This document shows, piece after piece, positions 1 through 14,811 of a stretch of 63,855 bases of DNA. This stretch comes from Paraspadella gotoi (lineage: Eukaryota > Animalia > Chaetognatha). The number at the start of each line of letters is the position of its first letter. Position 1 is the stretch's first letter. The translations under genes and the position numbers were made by a program. The stretch spans positions 1,290,655 through 1,354,509 of the forward strand of contig CM119263.1 in assembly GCA_051294375.1 (NCBI GenBank). Direction: 5' to 3'. The notes under the pieces were generated by a model. It did no database searches and was not told the DNA's origin. It saw only the letters and a list, made by a program, of their open reading frames with translations.

Positions 1-523
1 AGAGAAAAATACTTTTTTCTGATAAAACTTGCAATATTTGTTTCCCATTTTTTTCTTAAGTTATGAATCACCTCTGATTTTTCACTCGTTAATCACAAAA
101 AATGACAGAAAAATTTGATTGAAACGAAACTTTTACGACCGAAGGATTAAAAAAGAGAATTTATTCGATTTGATTTTTAAAAAATGAGAAAAGAAGAGAA
201 AAAAGCGAATCTTCGATAATAATAATAACAACAAAAATGTCATAAAGTCAAAGTTAGTGACATTTAGTTCGTCATTTCGCGTCGACGCGATTTCGAGATA
301 ATTCGTTTTTTCTCGTTTATTTGACGTCAGTCGCGAGAATTGCATCGTTTTCTGTTCAAACAACCGATAGAGAGCGAGTTAGTGAGCGAGAGAGGGAGGG
401 AGTGAGAGGGAGAAGGGAGAGAGAGAGAGAGAGAGAGCAAGAGACGAGAGAGAGAGAGAGAGACAGAAAGGGCGAAAGAGGAAGAGAGGAGAAGTCAGAG
501 AAAGATCAAAGAAAAGAAGTCAC

Positions 524-613
<90 letters not shown>

Positions 614-890
614 ACATTCAGTAAACAAATCAAAGTGAAACAAACAGAAAAATCTCTCTCACTTTTTTCTCGCTATATTCTTTCTTTTTTTAATTCTCTA
701 ATTATTTTAATTTTTAAAGTAATAAAAATAAAATTATTATTATTTTCAAATATTTTTTTATATGGGATATCTCAATAAATCATTTTTTGTTTGGATATTC
801 TTTATGATTTTAAACTTTCTGGGTAATTTATCATTTTTTTACATTTTATATTTGTTTCTCTACGATGTCTCTTTCTCTTTCTCTCTTTCT

Positions 891-981
<91 letters not shown>

Positions 982-1423
982 AACTAACTTACTCAGTCCC
1001 AAACTTTATCGTGCCAAAGAAAGAAACCTGCACAAATAAAATAAAAATTTATCCACTGAAAAAAAAAATTGGGCATGAAAGAGAAAAAGTCGTTGAATCC
1101 AGATTGCATTGGTCTGATGGTCGAACATGGAATTGCGAAGTCAGCAAGGTTACGGGAACGACTCCGAAATGCACTGTAGGAAATTAAATTGGGACAACCA
1201 ATAAAGAATTATCCATTCATTTAATAAATAAGCTATATTTCCTCTAGAATATTTGTGACAAGAACAGGAACAACAACAACGACGACGACGACGATAACGA
1301 CGACTACAATGACGTCCATTTTTTCCCAAACTCATACATCATGTTTCAACCCTGAACCCATTCGCCTCTCCCGACCCTTGGGGTGACATTAGTCGGAATC
1401 GAGAGGGAAAAAAGAAAGGGGAG

Positions 1424-1463
<40 letters not shown>

Positions 1464-1682
1464 GGAGGAAAGAAAAAAAAAGAAGAATAAGGGGGAGGAA
1501 AAAAATGATATTCTGAAAAAAGTAATTTGATATATTTTAAAAATAAATACAACTAAGGAAGTAAAATATTCGGATATGGTCGAGGGTGAGATTTAGAGAA
1601 TAGAATAGAATAGAAAAAAAGCTCTCTCTCTCTTTCTCGCTCTCTCTTTCTCTCTCTCTCTCGCTCTCTCTCTCTCACTCAC

Positions 1683-1804
1683 CCGTTCTCAGTTTCTTTA
1701 CCCTCACACTCTCTCTTTATCTTCACTCTCGGGTCATAAAAATATTCACGGTGACGTCGAACATAACTGGGTTTCGCCGCCCCAGCCGCCGCCGCAGCCG
1801 CTTT
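1683..1804 (-). CDS. Putative internal exon of an unidentified minus-strand gene (KAAAAAAGAAKPSYVRRHREYFYDPRVKIKRECEGKETEN)
   Basis: Polypyrimidine-CAG acceptor, open frame, GTGAGT donor; GC-rich island between microsatellites. No recognisable domain. Confidence 0.3.
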
Positions 1805-2813
1805 CTGCCGGAAAGTGAGATAAGAGAGAAACCCAGTTTCCGGTAACACTTTTCCGGTCCTTTTCCTCGACTTTTTCTTCTTAGGTTAAAGTGATACTAA
1901 GCCGAAAGAAAAAAAAACCCAATGACCCTTGAAAATAATTTTATTGAATGAAGAGATAATTTTCTTAAACCATTGCTTTGTCAGAAGATCATTTCCTATC
2001 AAATACTATACAGGAATATTTAACCTAAATTACCCTTTGAATTTCTCTTTTGTTTTGTTTTGTATTTTCCGTTTTTTTTTATGAATTTGCGTTTTTTTTC
2101 TTCTTCCTCGAAGAAAAAAGGTATTTTTTTTTCCTTCGCAACAAATCTGAGGTCAAAGTTCATTCGACGAAAGAAAATATTCAGTCCCGGCTGCAAAAAC
2201 GAGAAGTTATGTCTGAAACAATGCAGAATGCAGAATTGACTACAAAATATGCAGAATTGACTACAAAATATGCAGTCTTGCCTAAGAGAGAAGAAACGAT
2301 TTAAACGATTTAAGATTTAGAGTTTGATTTAAAAGTTTATTTCTCTTTTCTTCTGTCCATCTTATTTTAATTCCATCATGATACACTCTATAACGGGGTG
2401 ATATATATATTTACCAAAGCTTAATCAGAACACGACAATATGTAAATGAGATTGAGGAACTCTTATCCCATTTGAAATAATCCACAAATAAATCTGCTAC
2501 GACTCTGGCTCCGAAAATAAATTCGAAATTTAACAAAACTAACAAAAAATTAAAAAAGCCTTAAAAAATATTTTAGTAGTACAAGTAGTGTCATAAAAGT
2601 TAACGAAAAAAAACATTGAAAGAGTCTCGACGTTGACTTAGTTTGCAAAACATTTGATTTTATTTTAACATTTACTTTGATTGTGAAAAGTAACACCTTG
2701 CTGAATCTGACGCCCAGGAATCCAACATTGCGTCTCATCTTTTCTTCGCTCCGATCTCCGATCTTTTCTTTTCTCTCTTTATTTTCGGCCGACGGATTAC
2801 GATGTCAATCCAC

Positions 2814-2902
2814 CAGGTGACGCGTCGCTCGTCATGCGGCGCATCGCTTGTCAGGTGCCGCGTAGCCCGTCAGGTGGCGCATCGCTCGTCAGGTGCCGCG
2901 TG
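2814..2902. repeat. Degenerate ~19-bp GC-rich tandem repeat (TCAGGTGGCGCATCGCTCG-like), about 4.5 copies
   Basis: CAGGTG(G/C/A)CGC recurs at ~19-bp spacing. Confidence 0.7.
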
Positions 2903-3255
2903 GTTCAAAAGGCGCAGCTTCGTCCCTCCAGGGGGCGCGTGGAAGGCGGATCCATCGCTTTCTTCCTTCGTAAGAGAATATAATCCTACTAAACTTCCGC
3001 CTTCGCTTGGCAGTCAAGCATCCAATGTTCATCTAATGTCCTATTACGATAACGACGACGACAACCACAAAGACGACGACAACAACGACGACGACGGCGA
3101 CGATGATGACGACGACGAATCAGAAATAAGACCCGGATGAAATTCATTAGAATAAAGACCCGGATGAAATTCATCATCTCTTCGTCGAAACTTTTAAATC
3201 TCATTCGCTACCAAAATCCATCTTGATTATTTCGGGCAACAATCAACGCCATCTT

Positions 3256-3291
<36 letters not shown>

Positions 3292-3405
3292 TTTCATCGT
3301 CGCGATGAATTATTGTCTTGGGAAGCCATTTTTGCACTTCGTCAAAATCAGTTCACTCCATTTTTATCGTTTCTGCCTCTTTCTCTCTCTCTCTCTCTCT
3401 CTCTC

Positions 3406-3437
<32 letters not shown>

Positions 3438-3629
3438 CTCTCTTCTCTCCTCTCTCCTCTCTCTCTTTGATATTTTAAATCGAATTTCCGCCGAAGAACG
3501 CGACTGGATTTCCGACTCTCGGATTTTATTGTCACCAGGATTTATACTCGAGGAGATTTGCGGCGTCGAACGGATTTATATACATATATTATCTTTATTT
3601 TTCTCTATTTCATACCAAAAAAAAAAAAC

Positions 3630-5850
<2,221 letters not shown>

Positions 5851-6934
5851 CTTGGAAAAACTAATTAATTGATTAAATTTCACGATGAAACTTTCAAGCA
5901 GAAAAAAAAATGATTCGAGCTTTTGGATTTGTTGTTTCGCAGACAAGAGAGAAAAAAAAATAACGAGATGCCGCTCTTCAAACAAAGGAACAACATTTTT
6001 CAAGAGGAGCGAATAAAAAACGCTAGCGCCCTCTTTTGTCTGAATAAGGGGAGAAAAAAGGAGAGGATAAACAATTTTGCGAAAAACAAAGGGCTAATTC
6101 GTTTTCCGCCTTCCGGGAACGTTTTTGATGTTTTCATTCTTGTTGTAAGGAAGAAGACTTGTGAAAAAAGATTTGTGAAAATATTTATATCGCTGACGGA
6201 ATTTCGGCGTTTTTTTTACTTTGAAATTGAATTTAATTTATCAAATAAGAAGATTTAAAGTTTTCAGTAGCATCAGTAGCTTGGTTTATAATTTTTTTAC
6301 TAACTTTTCTCTCTAACTAAAAGATGCGACAGAGTTTATAAAAATAAAAGCTTTCTTCTAAACAAACTATCATACGTCATAAAATCAATAATAGCTTTTA
6401 AAACTGTTGCTCGACATAAAGAAAAAAACTACACTAATATACTTCTCAGACGCTCCAATAAAAAAGAAAAAAAAGAGCAAGCACAAACCTTTTAGGAAAA
6501 AAAGCGAATAAAAAGCAAAGATTCTCCGCCAAAAAAGAGCCGAAGCCATCGAAGGGCCTCTAACGGTCGCCTTCCGATTCTTCCATTACTGCGAAAGGAG
6601 ACTTAAAACGTCGAAAGAATGGAACCAAGTTTCTGTTTGGAGACGAAGCTTTCACTACGAGTGGGAGTGTGAGACGAGGAGAGAGAGTGAGAGAGTGAGA
6701 CGGGGAGAGAGAGTGTGAGTGGCGAATGGAATTAACGGCTTTTATCCCTTTCAAAGTCACTCGTGTATGACTCACGCATTTTGCAGTGAAACTAATCCTT
6801 ATAAAATAGAAGTTGGTCAGTGATTTACTCGTTCACTTTAACCTCTCCAATATCGTTATCGTTGAGACTTACCTGACTTCACTTACCATCACCTTCACAA
6901 CGTCGGGGGCTCAGCCGAAGTTTGTGAATGATGG

Positions 6935-9900
6935 TTGGTGTTCAGTGAACATTGTTCACAAAAGAGTTACGGTGTTTTATAACCTATTCGTTCTCTTTTT
7001 ATATTTCATTCTGCTAAACAAAAAAAAGGTTTTTTGAAAACGTGAGAATTTTCGTGATCGACGTTTCTTCGCACGTTGACAATTTACAAACTCAAAATCT
7101 TTTCTTAAAAGATCTCAATTTTTTTAATTTGGACAAAAACTGAAGTTTGAGTGTTTATTGCCTTAGATTAAGAGTAGAAATGTAATATTATAGATTTTCA
7201 TTTAGAGATTTAAGATTACAGATTTAAGACTTCCCAAAAATGAAATAAAAAATTAAATAACAATATACATATAATTGAATTATATAGATTAAATAGTAAT
7301 ACTTTGAACAATAATATTATAAAATATAAAAATGGAAAATAGTGAATCAGATAATTTCGAAAATTTTCATCCAACAGATTCTATATATTTACGGTTTTGA
7401 CCAGAGATGTGGAAGCGATCGATTTTTCCGCCGCTGTGCCAATCCGGCGCTTCCAAGACCCCTCCCGCTCCCGTTTTCGGTGCAATCCTTACTTTTTTAG
7501 CCCGGATCGCTTTCGGTTTCGAGTGCACATAGCTTCCTTTCTTTAGAAATTTTACATTTGTTATTATTTAAAAATACTCTTTTTAGACATGTAATTCATT
7601 GGTAAAATAATTTTAAACAATTTTTTTTGGTAACAAATAACAAGTAAATTTTTACTATGAAAAATTGTAAGATTTGTAAGATTGTAAGAATCGTTCGAGT
7701 GGAAATGAGTTTAAATGAAAAAAAAACAAAAACCTTTTTCCCTATTTGCTTTTTCTTTTTTATTAAATATAAATATAAGCTGCATTAATTATTCAATTAA
7801 TCAATTAATTAATCAATCAATTAATTAACTAAACAACTAATACATCAAAATCACTTAAAAAATTAATGAATCAATTTTTTTATCAATCAATTAACAATTA
7901 ATTTATCAATCAACTAATTAATAAATTTATTATCAATAAATTATTAAAAGAACAATTAATTAATTAATCAATTAATTAATCAATCAATTAAACAATGTCA
8001 GTATTATCATTGTCATCTCCAACATCATTGTTGCTTTTGTCCTGGTCAGTGACCTGACAAAAAGACCTAAAAATTAACAGGCCTGATATGAATTTATTTT
8101 ATTTGATCAATCAATCATTTCAATTAATCATAATGGTGCTATCCTTGTTGTCATCATAATCATCATCAGGGTAGTCATTTCTTTTGTCATAATGAAAAGA
8201 CAAAAAAACAAACAAGTTTGAGCTAACAATGCCAGAACTGATCAGTTAATTAATTATTCAATCAATTAATCAAATATTCAATCAATCAATCAAAAAATTA
8301 AGCAATCAATCAATTTGTCATCGTCGGTATTATCATTGTCGTGGTTGCCATCATTAATTATTTAATTAATTAAACTCCTTTATCTTTTGTTGGACATTGC
8401 AAAAATGTATCTTTATTATTTATTTATCCCTGTTGTTTTGTTTCTCTCTCTCTCTCTCACTCTCTCTCTCTCTCTTTAACAAGTTTCTTCTTTTCACAAC
8501 TCACTCAATCTGCCCTTACCTTCAACCTATCCTCACATCTGACCACTATTCTGTCTCACCACTTTGTTGAAAAAATTTTACCCTCTCTCTCTCTCTCACA
8601 CTCTTCGTTTACACAAATTTATTATTGAATGTCATATGCTGATGAAAGCTTGAAGTAAACAAACCGAAACATGTCCAACTATTAATTAAAAATTGTTGTT
8701 ACAAATCAAAATTCTTTGCTTTCTTTAAATTAATTAATTGAAATATTTTTATAATGTTTGCGGTGACTCAAACAAAAATTTATAAAAAATTTGAGGCGTG
8801 TTTTTTGTGATAAAGAAAACCTGGTATTGTCAAAACAGTAAAAAAGTAAAAATGATAAAAATAATAACAACAACAACTAGTATTTACATTGGCTGAAAAA
8901 GGTCATCCATAACAAGATTGGGTAAAAACAGGTCATTCTTATTAACCACTACTGTACTACGGCTCACAAAGTACAAGTATTATTTTAATTAATTAATATG
9001 TAATTAATTAAATAATTTATTTTTATTCAATTAATTAATCTATTAATTACCGCTAATGATCGTGGGCAGATCCGGCATTGTTTGCTCAAACTTGTTTATT
9101 AATAATTTTGATTTATTTATTTATATATTTTTTTTTATTTGCTTTTTTGTTCAGTGCAAGAGGGAAGAAAGAAAGAAGATAGAGAGAGAGTGTGTGTTAG
9201 AGATTTAATGTATGTATAAGCATAATATTATGCAATATTACAATAANNNNNNNNNNNNNNNNNNNNNNNNNTGGATGTCTTCACGTGACATTGTTCAAAA
9301 GAGTTACGGTGTTTTATAACCTATTCGTTCTCTTTTTATATTTCATTCTGCTAAACAAAAAAAGGTTTTTTGAAAACGTGGAGATTTTCGTGATCGACGT
9401 TTCTCTCGCACGTTGACAATTTACAAACTCAAAATCTTTTCTTAAAAGATCTCAATTTTTTTAATTTGGACAAAAACTGAAGTTTGAGTGTTTATTGCCT
9501 TAGATTAGAGTAGAAATGTAATATTATAGATTTTCATTTAGAGATTTAAGATTACAGATTTAAGACTTCCCAAAAATGAAATAAAAAATTAAATAACAAT
9601 ATACATATAATTGAATTATATGATTAAATAGTAATACTTTGAACAATAATATTATAAATATAAAAATGGAAAATAGTGAATCAGATAATTTCGAAAATTT
9701 TCATCCAACAGATTCTATATATTTACGGTTTGACCAGAGATGTGGAAGCGATCGATTTTTCCGCCGCTGCCAATCGGCGCTTCCAAGACCCCTCCCGCTC
9801 CCGTTTTCGGGTGCAATCCTTACTTTTTTAGCCCGGATCGCTTTCGGTTTCGAGTGCACATAGCTTCCTTTCTTTAGAAATTTTACATTTGTTATTTATT

Positions 9901-11602
9901 TAAAAATACTCTTTTTTAGACATGTAATTCATTGGTAAAAATATTTTAAACAATTTTTTTTGGTAACAAATAACAAGTAAAATTTTTACTATGAAAAATT
10001 GTAAGATTTGTAAGATTGTAAGAATCGTTCGAGTGGAAATGAGTTTAAATGAAAAAAAAACAAAAAACCTTTTCCCTATTTGCTTTTTCTTTTTTATTAA
10101 ATATAAATATAAGCTGCATTAATTATTCAATTAATCAATTAATTAATCAATCAATTAATTAACTAAACAACTAATCAATCAAAATCACTTAAAAAATTAA
10201 TGAATCAATTTTTTATCAATCAATCATTAAATAATCAATTAATTTATCAATCAACTAATTAATAAATTTATTTATCAATAAATTATTAAAAGAAACCAAT
10301 TAATTAATTAATCAATTAATTAATCAATCAATTAAACAATGTCAGTATTATCATTGTCATCTCCAACATCATTGTTGCTTTTGTCCTGGTCAGTGACCTG
10401 ACAAAAAGACCTAAAAATTAACAGGCCTGATATGAATTTATTTTATTTGATCAATCAATACATTTCAATTAATCATAATGGTGCTATCCTTGTTGTCATC
10501 ATAATCATCATCAGGGTAGTCATTTCTTTTTGTCATAATGAAAAGACAAAAAAACAAACAAGTTTGAGCTAACAATGCCAGAACTGATCAGTTAATTAAT
10601 TATTCAATCAATTAATCAAATATTCAATCAATCAATCAAAAAATTAAGCAATCAATCAATTTGTCATCGTCGGTATTATCATTGTCGTGGTTGCCATCAT
10701 TAATTATTTAATTAATTAAACTCCTTTATCTTTGTTGGACATTGCAAAAATGTATCTTTATTATTTATTATCCCTGTTGTTTTGTTTCTCTCTCTCTCTC
10801 TCACTCTCTCTCTCTCTCTTTAACAAGTTTCTTCTTTTTCACAACTCACTCAATCTGCCCTTACCTTCAACCTATCCTCACATCTGACCACTATTCTTGT
10901 CTCACCACTTTGTTGGAAAAACTTTTACCTCTCTCTCTCTCTCTCACACTCTTCGTTTACACAAATTTATTATGAATGTCATATGCTGATGAAAAGCTTG
11001 AAGTAAACAAACCGAAACATGTCCAACTATTAATTAAAAATTGTTGTTACAATTCAAATTTCTTTGCTTTCTTTAAATTAATTAATTGAAATATTTTTTA
11101 TAATGTTTGCGGTTGACTCAAAACAAAAATTTATAAAAATTTGAGGCGTGTTTTTTGTGATAAAGAAAACCTGGTATTGTCAAAAACAGTAAAAAAGTAA
11201 AAATGATAAAAATAATAACAACAACAAACTAGTATTTTACATTGGCTGAGAAAAAGGTCATCCATAACAAGATTGGGTAAAAACAGGTCATTCTTATAAC
11301 CACTACTGTACTACGGCTCACAAAGTACAAGTATTATTTTAATTAATTAATATGTAATTAATTAAATAATTTATTTTTATTCAATTAATTAATCTATTAA
11401 TTACCGCTAATGATCGTGGGCAGATCCGGCATTGTTTGCTCAAACTTGTTTATTAATAATTTTGATTTATTTATTTATATATTTTTTTTTATTTGCTTTT
11501 TTGTTCAGTGCAAGAGGGAAGAAAAGAAGAAGATAGAGAGAGAGTGTGTGTTAGAGATTTAATGTATGTATAAGCATTATATATTATGCAATATTACCAA
11601 TA
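6935..11602 (+). other. Overlap duplication around a 25-N gap: 6935-9246 is repeated as 9272-11602 (likely assembly artefact)
   Basis: Sequence after the Ns restarts ~2.3 kb upstream; the two copies differ almost only in homopolymer lengths. Confidence 0.85.
8639..8675 (+). ncRNA. Degenerate minimal type I hammerhead ribozyme (Penelope-like relic); also at 10986-11023 and ~29132-29168
   Basis: CTGATGA-(stem II agcttg..caaacc, imperfect)-GAAAC ATGTC: both conserved core boxes, palindromic ACATGT stem III and a GUC cleavage triplet. Confidence 0.55.
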
Positions 11603-12240
11603 AAACAGATCAATCCTTTTGGTTTAAACTTGTTTTAACATGAAAAAAACGTTATGGGATTAAAAAAAAGAGACTTAAATTTAAAGAAAAATAAATAAAA
11701 ATATAAGAAATAAAATTTTTAATTTTTATAGAATTAAAAAAGTTTAATTTTAAATTAAATTTAACTAATTAACAGTGTTTTTCAGATAGGAAAAAATTCT
11801 TTTTTTCAGCTCAGATTTTATTTAAATATATTTAAAGAATAATTAAAAAAAATAAATATGTAATTTTTTTTCATAGATTCTCGACCAAGAGGTAAAAAGA
11901 ATAAAAGAAAAAAAAAATAAAAGAAGAGAATAAGAAAATTGAATAAAAAGATTAGGAGCAAACAATTTTAAATGTTGAAAATAAATATTAAAAACAAATT
12001 TTTAAAGAAAAAATCAAGAAAGAGCAGGGGGTTGCAAAGATTTTAATACATTAAATACCTTCATTTCTAACCAAAAAAAACAAATGACCAGGAAGCGAAA
12101 CACGCAGGGTATATAAGCTTCCGGGTTCAATCCTTTATTCTCAATTTTCTATCGCTCTCCGGTTTCGGTTCTTGCAAAAATCGGCCGCTTCCACAGTGTT
12201 CGCTTACGCTTACGCTTTCCGGATCGCGTCCACATCTCTG
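9735..12240. mobile_element. Non-autonomous hAT-type DNA transposon, ~2.5 kb (left end also seen at 7402 in the overlap copy)
   Basis: TIRs CAGAGATGTGGA(A/C)GCGATC (18/19 match); 8-bp TSD GTTTTGAC at 7394-7401 and 12241-12248; no transposase ORF seen. Confidence 0.85.
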
Positions 12241-13649
12241 GTTTTGACTCTTCGAAAACAAAATCAAAATAATTTGATTTAAGATGTGAACGACTAAAAC
12301 CTTCAACGAGAACAAGACCTTTCACGGGTATCACGTGAAGATGACGACCATCGACTTTTGACGAATTCACGAAGTCGAGACTCGGTTGGCGTCAAAGGGA
12401 ATCTTTCCATTAACGGCGACTCAGTTTCGACTGGAGAGTCAAAATCGAATCTCAGGGGAAAAAGAATTTCGCTTCTTTTTTTGCTTTAAGACGTTTTCAG
12501 GTGAGACCGAGAATGGCGGCGGTGGCAGCGGGCGAGGATGAAGATTGTTGTTAGGACGACGTCGGCGTTAGCGGTTCACATTTTATCAATAAATGTCATT
12601 ACGATATCCTTTTTTTTCATTATCAATAGATTCAATACCGAGTTATTAATGTGAGGAGTGAAGGATTCTCACTAATTTCCGGTTTAATTCACGAGAGATT
12701 TTTTCACTTCCGGTTTAATCACGGTTTTTCTCACCTCTCTCTCTCTCTCTCTCTCTCATTATTCCCATCGATTCTTTCCAACATTTTTTCTTTATTGCTC
12801 TTTTCTTTGTTTTCATTTCAAACGTCTTTTTTATTTTTCTTTTCCCTAGATCATCTCTTGTGCTCTAGTTTTTCTCTCCTCTCGTTCGTTTCTCTCTCTC
12901 TCTCTCTCTAAAGAGAGAGATTATGATCTCATTCCTAACCAAATCCACTTGATATTTCGGGCAACAAATCAACGCCATCTTGTTTTTTTTTTTTTTTTTT
13001 TTTTTTTTTTAGTTCAAATCGTCGCGATGAATTATTGTCTTGGGAAGCATTTTTGCAACTTCGTCAAAATCAGTTGCACTCCATTTTTATCGTTTTCTCG
13101 CCTTTCTCTCTCTACTCCTCTCTCTCTCATCTCTCTCATCTCGTCTCCTCTCTTCTCGTCTCTCTCCTCTCGTCTCTCTCTCTCTCTCTCTTCTTGATAT
13201 TTTAAAATCATTTTCCGGCCGAAGAACGCGACTGGATTTCCGATGCTCGGATTTATTGTCACCAGGATTATAACTCGAGGAGATTGTGCGGGCGTCGAAC
13301 GGATTTATATATCACATGATATTATCTTTTATTTTGTCCTTCTATTACATACCAAAAAAAAAAAAAAGCATGAATATAATCGAGAAAATGCGGGGATTCT
13401 AATCACGAACGGGATTTTATCCGTCGCTCCTACTCGTTTGTCGGTTACAATCCGGGTGCGACTGTTTCGTGCATCGTTATCCGTGCGTCAGTTGTCATCG
13501 CGGAGTCGGACCTTCGAGCATCCGGGAAGCGAAGAGCCGAGCTGAGTCGAGAATAGGAGAAACTCCTTTTGTAGTCGAAGCCGGGCGAAGAGGTAACTGT
13601 GGGAAAGTATTTACAGGAGAGAGAGAGAGAGAGAGAGAGAAGAGAGAGG

Positions 13650-13680
<31 letters not shown>

Positions 13681-13704
13681 AGATAGAGAAGAGGAGAGGA
13701 GAGT

Positions 13705-13753
<49 letters not shown>

Positions 13754-14749
13754 GCCAACGGGAAAGCCAAAATAAAGAAAAGTCGTAAAAGCTGGTTTTT
13801 CTCTCAATGTAAAGAAGAATTAATGTTGAATGTAATAAAATTCCAACTTCTTTTTTTTAGGGGAAATAATGCAAAAAAAATTCGATCTCGAGTAAGGAAG
13901 GTTTTATATCTTGAGAGCCTTACCATTCTCAGAAAAAAGATATTCTTGCGGGAACTTACCATTATCTCGCTGCGTCTTTCGGCTTAATCAACTTTTCAAA
14001 ACTCATTTATATTTTATATTTCTTGGGGTAACGTAAGATAAGGTTTTTTAAAAATATTGTAATGTTTTCATATTGATACTCCTGTTCTATAATCAATATA
14101 TCAGTTAAGGTTATTATTAAGTAATTATTCATTTAAAGAAAGTACAGGATCTCTTTTTTCTTAATTTAAGTTGAAATGAAGCGTTCTTGGAAAATAAGAT
14201 CGAATTTTATTACGCATGACGTTGGCTTGCTTCGTTCAGACTCCCGGATTTAAAAACTTTATGGCTACTTTTTTCGCGAAATTGCTCTCCAAAGTTTATT
14301 ACGTTATCTGTTAAAATATGTTATACCACTAATAATATTCTATAAACGCATCCTAGTTAATAGTTTTAAAGAAAGTCAATTCTTAGTTATGATTACGAAC
14401 CTATTTATATATTTAACTCATATTGATCATACATCTTTGGGCCAAAGATAAACTTACTCGAACTTACTCCAAGATTTTCGTTTTAAGGAATATTTAGCCG
14501 AAGCAATTCGAATCCTCCATTCTGACCAATTGCCACTTTCGCCCGAAATTCCATTTCTTTACACCAAACGCAATTCTCAGATTCACCGCAAGAGGCAACT
14601 CACAGATTCACAGACTTTCACACCGCGGCGAATCCGAATCTTTCCAAAGGCCGAGTCTCGCCACAAATAGAAGAAAGGGGCGCCTGGATAAGAGAAAAGC
14701 TTGACCCTTTGAGAAGGCGCTCACTCTTATTGAATTCCAAATGTAGGAA

Positions 14750-14811
<62 letters not shown>

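Noticed and set aside
2690-3060. Small plus-strand exons (CAG|GTGAC, TTC|GTAAG)
   Set aside because: Several frames are equally plausible and no motif is recognisable.
9639-12315. Shared QRCG/CGSxRF peptide motif in ORFs 9639-9863 (+) and 12127-12315 (-)
   Set aside because: It is the translation of the hAT terminal inverted repeats.
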